Positions 27,590-36,958 of a stretch of 64,000 nt of DNA are shown piece by piece. The notes beneath the pieces were generated by a model. The model worked only from the letters and a program-made list of their open reading frames with translations. It ran no database searches and had not been told where the DNA came from. Numbering within the stretch: the stretch's first letter is position 1; each line of letters starts with the position of its first letter. Both the position numbers and the translations under genes were made by a program. The DNA is from Terriglobales bacterium (GTDB taxonomy: Bacteria; Acidobacteriota; Terriglobia; Terriglobales; SCQP01), in the NCBI GenBank assembly GCA_050747745.1, contig JBOGKM010000086.1:69734-133733 (forward strand), read 5' to 3'.

Positions 27590-28348
27590 TCAGGGTTTCA
27601 CCGCGGCCAGGAGAACCTCGTCCTTGTCGCGGAGGAGCACGTCGAGAGACTCGAATCCGGCGTTGCGGAGGGCCGCCATCCAGGCGGATACCGGCATTTC
27701 GCCGGCACCAGGCGCACGCGCGATGGGCGAGCGGAGAAAGGGGATGTGGTTGTAGCCGAGAATTTCGTTGGCGCGATCCCAGAACCGCTGCCAGTTCTCG
27801 CGGCAATAACGGCTGGGCTGGCGTGACTTCCACTGCGCGAAGCAGGCGGCGAAGGCAGGCTCGGCTTCGGATGGCTCGACGGCGATAAAAACACCCCCGG
27901 AGCGGAGAAGCCGAAACACGTCCCGGCAAACCTCTTGAATGCGCTGCGCGCCGAGCCAGTGCAAGGTGTTGGCGGCGGCGGCCACGTCGTAGCCAGGCTG
28001 AAGATCCGTACTCCAGGACTCGTCCCACAAATCTCGGACCAGGTGACTGCCGGGGATGGCGGCGCGGCGGTTGACGGCGGCGCACATTGCCAGCAAGAAG
28101 ACGTCCCGATCGAGGCAATCTATTTTGGAGCCGCTATAGCGCGCATGCACGGCGCGCCCGGCATCGCCGGGGCCGCAGCCCAGATCCAGAACGCGGAGCC
28201 TTGCGCCTTGGGGAAACGGGAGGGTCGCGGCCAGCAAATCGAGGTCGCGGCCTTTTTCGGCGCCCTGCTCCGCCTGCCACAAGGCCAGCAGTTCATCGAG
28301 AACGGCCGGGCTGAGCCTGGCCTCGATCTTTTCCTGGGCGAGGGGCAT
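27590..28348 (-). CDS. Class I SAM-dependent methyltransferase (last gene of the lipid-like operon)
   Basis: 252-aa ORF with motif I VLDLGCGPGDAG and an acidic post-I residue (IDCLD). Its start lies 5 nt after the upstream stop. Confidence 0.8.
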   Translation of the reverse strand: MPLAQEKIEARLSPAVLDELLALWQAEQGAEKGRDLDLLAATLPFPQGARLRVLDLGCGPGDAGRAVHARYSGSKIDCLDRDVFLLAMCAAVNRRAAIPGSHLVRDLWDESWSTDLQPGYDVAAAANTLHWLGAQRIQEVCRDVFRLLRSGGVFIAVEPSEAEPAFAACFAQWKSRQPSRYCRENWQRFWDRANEILGYNHIPFLRSPIARAPGAGEMPVSAWMAALRNAGFESLDVLLRDKDEVLLAAVKP

Positions 28349-28353
28349 CGAGC

Positions 28354-29607
28354 TTACAAGCGTGACGCGCCCTGAGCGACCTTGCGAATCGCTTCACCGT
28401 AGGCGTGCATGAGCGCTTCCGGCTGGGCGTAGATCGGGAACTCGTCGTTGGTCAGGCAGAACGAGTTGGCGAACATGGCCACGGTGTTGGGGTAATTGTC
28501 CGCGCGGTCGCTGGGGTTGCGCGCCTGGATCATGGGGTGGGCGCACAGTGGCGCCGAACCCCACAGATCCACATCCACGCCCTCGGCGGCGAGCGCCCGC
28601 ATGAAGGCGTCGCGCAGGGCGGCGCCGCGCAGTTTGGTGTCGAGTTCCTCGGGTGCCAGCCTAATGCGGTACTTGTGGTAGACAGAAACGCAGTCCTTGG
28701 GGATATACGGCGCTTTCACGCCGGGCAGATCGCGCAAGTAGCCATCCAGGATGGCGGCGTTGTGCTGCCCCGTGGCGTTGACCTGCTTCAGCCGCGCGAG
28801 CTGGCTGCGGCCGAAGGCGCTGGGCAGCTCCTGCGTACGGTAATTCCAGGCGAGCAGGTGCTGAAATTCCATGGTGCGGTCGCTCGCGGGCAGAACTTCG
28901 CCGACTTGCTTGAGCCAATTGCCGCGGAAGTAAACTTCGTCCTCATTGGTGACCATGAAGCCGCCCTCGCCCACCGCGAAGTTCTTGGTGCCGTTGACGC
29001 TGAAGCCGGCGGCGGCGCCGAACGTACCGGCGGCGCGGCCCTGGTAGGTGGCGCCGGGCGCCTGGCAGGCATCCTCGGTTAGGATCAGGTTGTGTTTGCG
29101 GGCGATCGCCAGGATGGGACCGAAATCGGCGCACAGGCCGTGGATATCCACCACCATGAGGGCACGCGTGCGGGGCGTGATTTTGGCTTCGATCTGTGCG
29201 GGGTCGAGATTGAAGGTGCGTGGATCAATATCGACGAAGACGGGTTTGGCGCCCGCGTGGAGAATGGCCGCGGGCGTAGCCAGAAACGAAAATGCGGAAG
29301 TGATGACCTCGTCGCCGGATTCGACGCCGGCGGCGACCAGCGCCATATGCAGGCCGGCGGTGCCGCCGTTGACCGCGAGCGCATGGCGTACGCCGAGGAA
29401 GGCGGCGAACTCCTGTTCCAGCGCTGACTGTTCGGGCGCGTAGAGGCCTTCGGGGCGGGTCTGCGCCCATAGAATTTTGCGATCGATCACGCGCAACACC
29501 GCGGCGCGGTCGGCTTCGGTCACGATCGGCCAGGAAATTTTGGGCAAAGAGGCTGCCACCGCCGGCTCGCCGCCATGGACAGCCAGTTCCGTCACAAATG
29601 CTTTCAT
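28354..29607 (-). CDS. DegT/DnrJ/EryC1/StrS-family PLP aminotransferase
   Basis: 417-aa ORF. It has the family pattern DACQAPGATYQGRAAGTFGAAAGFSVNGTKNFAVGEGGFMVTN with the PLP lysine in FS-x-x-x-TKN. A GAGGA SD lies just upstream. Confidence 0.85.
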   Translation of the reverse strand: MKAFVTELAVHGGEPAVAASLPKISWPIVTEADRAAVLRVIDRKILWAQTRPEGLYAPEQSALEQEFAAFLGVRHALAVNGGTAGLHMALVAAGVESGDEVITSAFSFLATPAAILHAGAKPVFVDIDPRTFNLDPAQIEAKITPRTRALMVVDIHGLCADFGPILAIARKHNLILTEDACQAPGATYQGRAAGTFGAAAGFSVNGTKNFAVGEGGFMVTNEDEVYFRGNWLKQVGEVLPASDRTMEFQHLLAWNYRTQELPSAFGRSQLARLKQVNATGQHNAAILDGYLRDLPGVKAPYIPKDCVSVYHKYRIRLAPEELDTKLRGAALRDAFMRALAAEGVDVDLWGSAPLCAHPMIQARNPSDRADNYPNTVAMFANSFCLTNDEFPIYAQPEALMHAYGEAIRKVAQGASRL

Positions 29608-29629
29608 TCCTCAAATCCTTTCGCTGGAG

Positions 29630-30967
29630 TTAATCGCCCCAGGCCTGTGCCCGGGCGTCAATGAGCCGCCGCAGCTTGCGTCCGCCGCTGAGCGTGCGGG
29701 GCGGATGGAAACGGAAATCAAACTCAAAAAATTTCTTGGTGTAGTAGCGCCAACAGTCGGGAAAGCGCTCCTGGATGTTGCGGAACAGTTGCTCCTGCAC
29801 CGCCTGCGCATCGCCGCCGGGCCGCAGTTCCATGTTGAATTCAATGCGGTCGTCGCGATCGCCGCGGCGTACGATGACCTGCCAGTCGTCGGTGATTTGA
29901 GGGATATCGCGCAGCATCTCCTCGAACCAGTAGGGGCTGATGTTGCCCATCGAGCAGTTGATGAGCTCATCGCTGCGGCCGACGATTTTGGCGATGCGCG
30001 GGGTGAACCGCAGCAGGCAGTTGCACGTGCCGTCCGTGGCCCAACGGGTGATGTCGGCGGAGCGGTAACGCAGCAGCGGCATGACGGTGCGGTTGAGGGT
30101 GGAATAGGTGAGCTCGCCGTAGCCTTCCTCGTTGGCGCTGCTGATTTCGCTCACCAGGCTCAGGTGGCTCAGATGATAACCACCTTTGTCGGGGCATTCG
30201 ATGCCGTTGCAGCCGAACGCCTCGGTCTGGCCATAGCTGAGATAGACTTTGGCGTTCCAAACCGATTCGATGTATTTACGGGTGCGCTCGCTCAGGTTCT
30301 CGCCGCCCAGCAGCAGAAACTTGACCGGCCAGACGCCGTCCTGTTCGGCGACCTCGGTCACCCGCACCAGGTGGGTGGGCACGCCCATGATCACTGTCGG
30401 TTTGTAGCCGCGGATGCGCTCGTAAAACTCGCGCGGCTCGACGAAGGCGCCGATGACGTGGAACGAACCCATGGCCTGCACCGTGTAATAGGCGGTAAAC
30501 GGAGCGTTCCAGAAGGAGTAATCGAAACCATCAGCGACCACGTCGTCTGGACGCAGGCCCAGGTTCCACATTCCTACCGCGCCGTCGCGGCCGTACTCCA
30601 TCATCTCGGCATAGGAGAAGTAGACGCGTTTGTTGACGCCGAGCGTGGTGCCGGTGGTTTCAAAGCCGAATTCGGGGCGGTCACAGAGAAAATCCTCAAT
30701 CGGCCGCTGGCGCAGGTCATCGGAGGTGGTGTAGAAATCGCCCAGATCGGCGTGGCTATGGACCTTGCTCCAGTCAATGCCGCACTCGCGGAATTTTTCC
30801 TGGTAGAACTTCGAGCGCTTCGCCAAATGGCTGACCAGATGGCGGAATTTGGCGTGCTGGAGGGTGTTAATGGTGCGGGGAGAAAGATGGCGGGCGATGC
30901 GCACCCGGCTGGAGGTGGAGCGCAGGAAATGATGATCAAAGAAGCCGAAGAGAGTATCGATGTTCAT
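29630..30967 (-). CDS. PaaK / coenzyme F390 synthetase-like adenylate-forming enzyme (copy 1)
   Basis: 445-aa ORF. Motifs: P-loop-like FETTGTTLGVNKR, YGQTEAFG, YRSADIT, GRSDELI and a C-terminal K in GGRKLRRLID. Its ATGA overlaps the upstream KS stop. It is a paralog of 39791-41203. Confidence 0.8.
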   Translation of the reverse strand: MNIDTLFGFFDHHFLRSTSSRVRIARHLSPRTINTLQHAKFRHLVSHLAKRSKFYQEKFRECGIDWSKVHSHADLGDFYTTSDDLRQRPIEDFLCDRPEFGFETTGTTLGVNKRVYFSYAEMMEYGRDGAVGMWNLGLRPDDVVADGFDYSFWNAPFTAYYTVQAMGSFHVIGAFVEPREFYERIRGYKPTVIMGVPTHLVRVTEVAEQDGVWPVKFLLLGGENLSERTRKYIESVWNAKVYLSYGQTEAFGCNGIECPDKGGYHLSHLSLVSEISSANEEGYGELTYSTLNRTVMPLLRYRSADITRWATDGTCNCLLRFTPRIAKIVGRSDELINCSMGNISPYWFEEMLRDIPQITDDWQVIVRRGDRDDRIEFNMELRPGGDAQAVQEQLFRNIQERFPDCWRYYTKKFFEFDFRFHPPRTLSGGRKLRRLIDARAQAWGD

Positions 30968-32226
30968 GGTTCACTTGCCGCGCGGCGCAGGATGAGGCTG
31001 GAGTTCTGGCCGCCAAAACCGAACCCGTTGGACATGGCGGTTGCCAGCCGCGCGTGCTGGCCGGCGCGGGTAATCAGCTGCAGCCGGCAGTCGGGGTCGG
31101 GATGAGCGTGGTTGAGATTGGGCGGAAGCAACTGCTCCTGCAGCGCGATGAGGCTGAAGACCGCCTCGACGGCAGAGGCGGCAATCAGCAGGTGGCCGGT
31201 CATGGCCTTAGTCGAGCTCACCGGGAGCTGATCGGTGCCGTCGCCCCAGATGTTCCAAATGGCGGCGGCCTCGGCCTGATCGTTGAGCACGGTGCCGGTG
31301 CCGTGGGCGTTGAGGTAGTCAATCTCGCGTGGCTCCAGGCCGGCGTCGGCCAGGGCAGCCTGGATGGCCAGCACTGCACCGCGGCCCTGGGGATGGCACT
31401 TGGTCAGTCCAAATGCATCCATGGAGCTGCCGTAGCCGGCCAGCTCGGCCAGCACGGTGGCGCCGCGGCGGCGGGCATGGTCGGCCGATTCCAGCACCAG
31501 CGCCGCGGCGCCCTCGCCCACCACAAAGCCGGAGCGCTTGCGGTCGAAGGGACGGCAGGCGGTGGCGGCGGGTTCGCGCGACAGCGCCGACAGCATCTCA
31601 TACTCGAGCATGCTGAGCGGATGCACCTGGGAATCGGTGCCGCCGACGATGACCACTTCCGCCTCGCCGCGTTCGATGAGGCGCTTGCCCATGCCGATGG
31701 CATCGTTGCCGCTGGCGCAAGCGGTGTAGCAGGAGTAGCGCGGTCCGGCGGCCTGCGCCTGCGCCGCCAGCCGTTCCAGCACGGCGCTGATGTCGTAGTA
31801 TTCCCGATGCTGCTCGAGCTCGGGGAAATGGCGCAGCAAATTGGCGGGATCGAGCTGTTCGACTCCCAAGGCGGTGGCATCCTGGGCGCAGCGCGCGGCG
31901 AGCGGTTCCAACTCGAGCGTGGCCTTGCCGATGGCGAACGAGACTGCGCGAGCGGGGTCGGGGCCTTCCGCCGGCGGCAGTTGCGCCGCCGCCATCGCTT
32001 CCGCGATCGCCAGCCGCGCCATCGCGTCCATGCGCGGGGCGCCCCGCGGGACCGCGGCGTCGCGCACCTCGCCGGCGCAACTGATGGGAAATCCCTGGGC
32101 AGGGAAGGCGGAAATGGGCCCAATGCCGTTGACGCCCTGCTCCAGCGCAGCCCGCGTGGCGGCCATGCCCCGGCCCAGCGGTGACACGATCCCCGCGCCA
32201 GTAATGACGCAAGCCGAGGCCGTCAC
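30964..32226 (-). CDS. Beta-ketoacyl-ACP synthase (FabF/KS-alpha type, catalytic)
   Basis: Cys-His-His triad motifs YTACASGNDAIG, YLNAHGTGT and KAMTGHLLIAASAVE. The N-terminus [18 protein letters not shown] starts at GTG 32226, which forms a GTGA overlap with the upstream stop. The ORF-track extension to 32553 is not supported. Confidence 0.85.
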   Translation of the reverse strand: MTASACVITGAGIVSPLGRGMAATRAALEQGVNGIGPISAFPAQGFPISCAGEVRDAAVPRGAPRMDAMARLAIAEAMAAAQLPPAEGPDPARAVSFAIGKATLELEPLAARCAQDATALGVEQLDPANLLRHFPELEQHREYYDISAVLERLAAQAQAAGPRYSCYTACASGNDAIGMGKRLIERGEAEVVIVGGTDSQVHPLSMLEYEMLSALSREPAATACRPFDRKRSGFVVGEGAAALVLESADHARRRGATVLAELAGYGSSMDAFGLTKCHPQGRGAVLAIQAALADAGLEPREIDYLNAHGTGTVLNDQAEAAAIWNIWGDGTDQLPVSSTKAMTGHLLIAASAVEAVFSLIALQEQLLPPNLNHAHPDPDCRLQLITRAGQHARLATAMSNGFGFGGQNSSLILRRAASEP

Positions 32227-33098
32227 CGGTGCGCCTCCAGCAGCGCCGGAGCGGCGACGGCGGTGCGGGCCAGCTCGGCCAGCTCGATGCAGCCTCCCCC
32301 AGCCAGGCGCAGCAGCGCCGCGATCAGTTCCGGCGCCGGTTCGAATCCGGTCGGAGCTGGGGGCAGCGCTGCCGAGCTGTAGCTGACTTCCGCCAATACC
32401 GTCGCGCCGCGCCGGTGCGCCCTCTGCCAATCTTCCAGCACCACGGCGCCGCTGATTTCCGGCCATTGCGTCGAGGTGTAGGACTGCTCGGGCGAGCTGG
32501 CGGACTGGGCCAACATGAGATCGGCGCGGCCTTGGGCCACCGTCCACCAGCATTCGCTCAGCGCCTGCATGCCCGCCCCAGCGCCGGAGGTAAACGAAAA
32601 GCCCGGCCCTTGCAGGCCCAGCAGCAGCGAGGTGTGGCCGACGGCCATGTTGGCCAGCAGCGCCAGACGGCGGAACGGATGCAACTCGCGCGCCCCCAGC
32701 TCGGCGAAGCGCGCCCAGCCATCGGGCCCGCAGCCCATGTGCGGCGCGACGGCGGCGAGAACGCGCAACAGGTCGGGGGTAACCGGGGAAATATCGGCCA
32801 GTGCCGTGGCCAAACCCGCTCGTTCCGGCGCCACGCCCATGGCTTGTACTCCGCCCTCGGCGGGCATGCCCGCCGCTTCCATGGCCATCACCGCCGCTGC
32901 GGTGACCAGTTGGAACGTGCGATGCATGGTGCGCAGGCGGCGGGGATTGCGGATGAAGGCGGCAGGATTAAAATCGGGCACCAGACCGGCTTGGCTGGAA
33001 TGGGAGGCGGCCCACTGCTGCAGCGCGGCCACACCCGTGCCGCCGGGGGAAAACGCGCCCAGGCCGGTGACAGCAACCCGGCGGAGAGGGGCGCTCAT
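32223..33098 (-). CDS. Truncated KS-like protein lacking the catalytic residues (chain-length-factor-like partner)
   Basis: 291-aa ORF with a KS-type N-terminus [15 protein letters not shown]. The active-site region reads [12 protein letters not shown], with no Cys at the canonical position. The His-containing C-terminal half is absent. ATGA overlaps occur at both ends. Confidence 0.7.
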   Translation of the reverse strand: MSAPLRRVAVTGLGAFSPGGTGVAALQQWAASHSSQAGLVPDFNPAAFIRNPRRLRTMHRTFQLVTAAAVMAMEAAGMPAEGGVQAMGVAPERAGLATALADISPVTPDLLRVLAAVAPHMGCGPDGWARFAELGARELHPFRRLALLANMAVGHTSLLLGLQGPGFSFTSGAGAGMQALSECWWTVAQGRADLMLAQSASSPEQSYTSTQWPEISGAVVLEDWQRAHRRGATVLAEVSYSSAALPPAPTGFEPAPELIAALLRLAGGGCIELAELARTAVAAPALLEAHR

Positions 33099-33844
33099 GC
33101 GCGCAGTCCTCCGTCCACGTTGAGGATGTGGCCGGTGATGTAGGCGGCATCGGGGGAGAGCAAAAACGCCACCGCGGCGGCGACTTCGTCGGGATGGCCG
33201 TAGCGGCGGAGCGCGATGGCGGCCAAAATTTGTTCACCCGCCAGTGCCCGCACCTGGGCGCTCATTTCGGTTTCGATCATGCCCGGCGCAACCGCGTTTA
33301 CGGTGATGTTGCGCGGCGCCAGCTCTTGCGCCAGCGCCTTGGTCAGGGCGTTGACACCGCCCTTGGAGGCCGCGTAGTTCACTTGGCCGCGGTTGGGGCG
33401 ATCGCCGGAGCTGGAGGAAAGATTGACGATGCGTCCGTGGCGCTGACGCACCATGAGCTTGGCCGCGGCCTGGCAGCAATGAAACATGCCGCCGAGGTTG
33501 GTGGCCAGCACCTGGTTCCATTCCTGCTCGCCCATGCCCAGCAACAGGTTATCGCGCACAATGCCCGCGTTATTGATCAGGGCGTCGAGGCGGCCGAGTT
33601 TTTGGTGGGCGCCCGCGACCAGTTCGTGCGCGGCGGCGGCATCGGCCACGTCGCCGGCGAGGGCCCAGGCCAGCCCGCCGCGGGCGGTAATCTCCTCCAC
33701 CACGTGTTCGGCGGCCGTGGCGTCGGCCCGGTAGTTGATAGCCACGTGCGCGCCTTCGGCGGCGAGGCGCATGGCGATAGCGCGGCCGATGCCGCGGCTG
33801 GCGCCGGTGATCAGCACAACCTGACCTTGCAGACGGTCAGGCAC
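33095..33844 (-). CDS. 3-oxoacyl-ACP reductase (FabG-type SDR)
   Basis: [20 protein letters not shown] and S...YAASKGG (Y-x3-K) motifs. Three starts are possible: ATG 33922 (59-nt overlap), TTG 33871 and GTG 33844. GTG 33844 gives the typical FabG N-terminal length of about 249 aa. Confidence 0.8.
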   Translation of the reverse strand: MPDRLQGQVVLITGASRGIGRAIAMRLAAEGAHVAINYRADATAAEHVVEEITARGGLAWALAGDVADAAAAHELVAGAHQKLGRLDALINNAGIVRDNLLLGMGEQEWNQVLATNLGGMFHCCQAAAKLMVRQRHGRIVNLSSSSGDRPNRGQVNYAASKGGVNALTKALAQELAPRNITVNAVAPGMIETEMSAQVRALAGEQILAAIALRRYGHPDEVAAAVAFLLSPDAAYITGHILNVDGGLRA

Positions 33845-33863
33845 GGGCGCGGGGGTGCTGCTT

Positions 33864-35162
33864 TCAGGCAAGACTGCGATCCACCAACAGCGAGGCCGTG
33901 TTGCCACCCAGCCCGCTGGCATTGAGCAGCAAGCGGCGGTAAGAGCCAGGGCGCGCCTCGCCGCGCACCAGGTCCAGTCCCAGGTCAGGATCGGGAAGTT
34001 CGCAATTCAAGATCGGCGGCACGAAGCCAGGCTCCGCCAGCGCCCCCAGAGCGGCGATCAGCTCCAGCGGGCCAGAGCCAGCCAAAAGATTGCCGCTCAA
34101 CGACTTAACGGCAGTTACCGGCGTATGCGGCACACGCTCGCCCAACAGGCGGGCTATGGCTTCGGCTTCGGCGCGGTCGCCAGCAGGCGTGGCCAGGCCA
34201 TTGGCATAGATGGCTCCGATCTGGCCGGGAGCGAGCCCGGCATCGTCTAAAGCTGCCTCCATGGCGCCCAGGTACTCCTCAGCGCTCTCGTTGGGTCGCT
34301 CCGTGAGGCCGCTGCTGGCATTGCCGTAGCCGCGAATTTCGCCGTAAATGCGCGCTCCGCGGGCGCGCGCGTGCTCGCGTTCCTCCAGCACCACGAAGGC
34401 GCCGCCTTCGGCGGCTACAAAGCCTGCGCGACTGCGGTCAAAGGGGCGGCTGGCGGAAGCTCCATTGCCATCGCCCATGTACAGCAAGCCGGTCGGTTCG
34501 AAGCTTTCCAGCCGCTCCTCGTCTAGCAGGGACTCGTAACCGCCCGCAACGGCCAGATCCACGCGCCCACTGCGGATGGCGTGGAACGCCTCCCCCACTG
34601 CCATGCTGCCTCCGGCGCCGCTCATGCAGATGTTGGCATTGGGCCCCTGCGCCCCCAGCCGCATGCTGACGAAATAGAGCACCAGGTTCGCCAGGCTCTT
34701 CAGCAGCCAGAGGGGATTAATGATGGGGATGCCTTCGGCGCCGAAGCGTTGCAGATCCAGGCCGCTGCCGCCGTAGGACAGTTCCAGGGCCGGCAGCAGT
34801 TCATCGCGATCGCCGGCGTGCCCGGGCGAGCCGACGTAGCTGCCGACCCGTTCGGGAGCCAGCCCGGCACGCCTCTCGTCCAGACCGGCATCCTGTACCG
34901 CCAGTTCCACCGCCGCCACGCCCAGACGCACCGGGCGGGTCATCAGCTTCAAGGCCTTGGCGTCCTTAATAAATTGCCGGGGTTGAAAATCGCGCACGGC
35001 GCCGCCCACGTGCGTGCGGTACGCCTCCAGCGACATGTGCGGCACAGTCCCGACGCCGCTCTGGCCGGCGCGCAGCGCCGCCCAGACCGCGGGAACGGAA
35101 TTGCCCAACGGCGACACCGTTCCGGCGCCGGTAATGACCGCCCGCCGGGGTTCAGGATGCAT
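33864..35162 (-). CDS. Full-length KS-like protein with degenerate active site (partner subunit)
   Basis: KS fold throughout ([15 protein letters not shown] ... GGNTASLLV). Both catalytic His are Asn ([12 protein letters not shown]; [11 protein letters not shown]). Ungapped spacing places Gly at the nucleophile position ([10 protein letters not shown]). ATG 35162 overlaps the upstream stop by 11 nt. Confidence 0.75.
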   Translation of the reverse strand: MHPEPRRAVITGAGTVSPLGNSVPAVWAALRAGQSGVGTVPHMSLEAYRTHVGGAVRDFQPRQFIKDAKALKLMTRPVRLGVAAVELAVQDAGLDERRAGLAPERVGSYVGSPGHAGDRDELLPALELSYGGSGLDLQRFGAEGIPIINPLWLLKSLANLVLYFVSMRLGAQGPNANICMSGAGGSMAVGEAFHAIRSGRVDLAVAGGYESLLDEERLESFEPTGLLYMGDGNGASASRPFDRSRAGFVAAEGGAFVVLEEREHARARGARIYGEIRGYGNASSGLTERPNESAEEYLGAMEAALDDAGLAPGQIGAIYANGLATPAGDRAEAEAIARLLGERVPHTPVTAVKSLSGNLLAGSGPLELIAALGALAEPGFVPPILNCELPDPDLGLDLVRGEARPGSYRRLLLNASGLGGNTASLLVDRSLA

Positions 35163-36450
35163 AGGCGCGCAAGACCAGGCTCCCATTGGAGCCGCCGAAA
35201 CCGAAGGAATTGGAGACCACGGTGCGCACCGTTTGCTCGCGGCCGTGATTGGGCACGTAGTCGAGGTCGCAGACCGGATCGGGGTGTTCGTAATTGATGG
35301 TCGGCGGGATAAAGCCGCGTCCGATCACCAGGGTCGAGATGATGGCTTCGATGGCGCCGGCCGCGTTGACCATGTGCCCGGTCATCGATTTGGTCGAGCT
35401 GATCGGAATTTTGGCGGCGTATTCCCCGAAGCAGCGCTTGATGGCCATGGTTTCGCTGGAATCGTTTTGCAGCGTCGAAGTGCCATGGGCGTTGATGTAG
35501 TCCACCTCGGCGGCAGCGATGCCGGCGTCGGCCAGGGCGGCCTGCATGGCCAGCATGGGACCCTGTCCGTCGGGCGGAGAATCGGTAATGCGGTAGGCGT
35601 TGATGGAGGCGCCAAAGCCAGCCAGTTCGGCATAGATACGGGCGCCGCGGCGGCGGGCGTGCTGTTCTTCTTCCAGCACCAGCATGGCGCCGCCCTCGGC
35701 GAGCACGAAGCCATCGCGCTCGCGGTCGAAGGGCCGGGAGGCTTGCTGGGGATGGTCGTTATTTTTCGACAGGGCACCCAGCAAAATGAATCCGGCGACC
35801 ATGGTCGGCTCCATCAGGCACTCGGCCCCGCCCGCGAGCATGACATCGGCTGCGCCGTTGCGGATGGTGTCAAGCGCGTAACCAAGGGCCTGGGAGCTGG
35901 AGGTGCAGGCGGTGGAAATGGTGGCCATGGGACCGCGCGCCTGCAATTCAGCCGCCAACACGTAGCCCAGCCCGTAGGGCGAGTAGCGCAAATACTCCCA
36001 ACTGGGAACCGCGGCCAGTACTTTGCGGCGCTCGCTCAAGCCGGGCGGACGCAGTTTGCGTTCGGCGAGTTCGGGCAGGAGACTGTCGCGGCGGCCTTCC
36101 GTGCCCAGGGCAATGCCCAGCCGTCTGGGATCCACCCCGGCAGCATCGCCCGGCTTCAGACCTGCATCCGCGAAAGCGGCACGGGCGGCGAACCAGCCGA
36201 AGGAGTTTTTGCGGTCCAGGGCTTCGGCGATAGGCGGCCGCGCCTGGGCGCGGGCATGCTCGGGATCGAAGCCTTTTACTTCACCGCCGATGCGTGTCTC
36301 AAACGTCGATGCATCGAATAGCGTGAGCGGACCGATGCCGCAGCGGCCGGCCCGCAGACCCTCCCAGGTGGACTCGTGCGTGTGCCCCAGCGGCGTAATG
36401 GCCCCCAGTCCAGTGATGACCACGCGGCGGCGATGGCCGTTGCCGTTCAT
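35152..36450 (-). CDS. Beta-ketoacyl-ACP synthase II (FabF type, catalytic)
   Basis: ISTACTSSSQALG, YINAHGTSTLQND and KSMTGHMVNAAGAIE. N-terminus MNGNGHRRRVVITGLGAITPLG at ATG 36450 forms an ATGA overlap with the dehydratase stop. Confidence 0.9.
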   Translation of the reverse strand: MNGNGHRRRVVITGLGAITPLGHTHESTWEGLRAGRCGIGPLTLFDASTFETRIGGEVKGFDPEHARAQARPPIAEALDRKNSFGWFAARAAFADAGLKPGDAAGVDPRRLGIALGTEGRRDSLLPELAERKLRPPGLSERRKVLAAVPSWEYLRYSPYGLGYVLAAELQARGPMATISTACTSSSQALGYALDTIRNGAADVMLAGGAECLMEPTMVAGFILLGALSKNNDHPQQASRPFDRERDGFVLAEGGAMLVLEEEQHARRRGARIYAELAGFGASINAYRITDSPPDGQGPMLAMQAALADAGIAAAEVDYINAHGTSTLQNDSSETMAIKRCFGEYAAKIPISSTKSMTGHMVNAAGAIEAIISTLVIGRGFIPPTINYEHPDPVCDLDYVPNHGREQTVRTVVSNSFGFGGSNGSLVLRAYAS

Positions 36451-36956
36451 GCCGGTTCTCCCGGGCGAGAGCCAATTTCCAAGCCCTGGAGCAGGCTTCG
36501 GTTCACCTGCTCCGCCCACAGGTCGAGTTGAGCCCGCGCGGCCGGCGGAATCACCTGGTTCTGCCCAGAGTCATAACCGAGCATCAATTCCGCTGAAGCC
36601 ACCGGTTTGCCAGCTACCTTGGCGGTGCAGCGGCAACGCCCGGCGCCATCCACTAGTCCCATCATTTCCGCACGCAGCTCAACAGTGTCCCCGGGGCGGA
36701 CAAAATGGCGGAAACGGGCGTTTTGGATGGTGAGGAGCACTGGCAGCACCTTTTCACCCCCCTCGGCAGCGACCGAGTAAGTAATCAGGCGTCCCGCCAG
36801 TTGCGCCATGGCTTCCACCAGCAGCACCCCGGGCACCACCGGGAAACCGGGGAAATGATCGTTGAAGTAATCCTCGCTGAGGGCGACACACTTATGCCCC
36901 ACTGCGTGCGAACCCGGCTGCAGTTCAGTGATCCGATCGAGGAGCAGATAGCGCAT
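36447..36956 (-). CDS. 3-hydroxyacyl-ACP dehydratase (FabZ/FabA hot-dog fold)
   Basis: From ATG 36956: MRYLLLDRITELQPG...AVGHKCVALSEDYFNDHFPGFPVVPGVLLVEAMAQLAG, the canonical FabZ active-site His region. Confidence 0.9.
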   Translation of the reverse strand: MRYLLLDRITELQPGSHAVGHKCVALSEDYFNDHFPGFPVVPGVLLVEAMAQLAGRLITYSVAAEGGEKVLPVLLTIQNARFRHFVRPGDTVELRAEMMGLVDGAGRCRCTAKVAGKPVASAELMLGYDSGQNQVIPPAARAQLDLWAEQVNRSLLQGLEIGSRPGEPA

Positions 36957-36958
36957 GC

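Noticed and set aside
29477-31105. 542-aa plus-strand ORF over the first PaaK-like gene
   Set aside because: It is antisense to a gene with a full set of adenylate-forming motifs. Its sequence is Gly/Ala/Val/Asp-rich, without motifs or a sensible start context.
32227-32553. Upstream extension of the KS ORF (ORF track 30964-32553)
   Set aside because: The extension is Arg/Gly/Ala-rich and overlaps the 3' end of the upstream KS-like gene. The KS N-terminal consensus (V/I-I-T-G-x-G-x-V-S-P-L-G) starts right after GTG 32226, which forms a GTGA coupling overlap.
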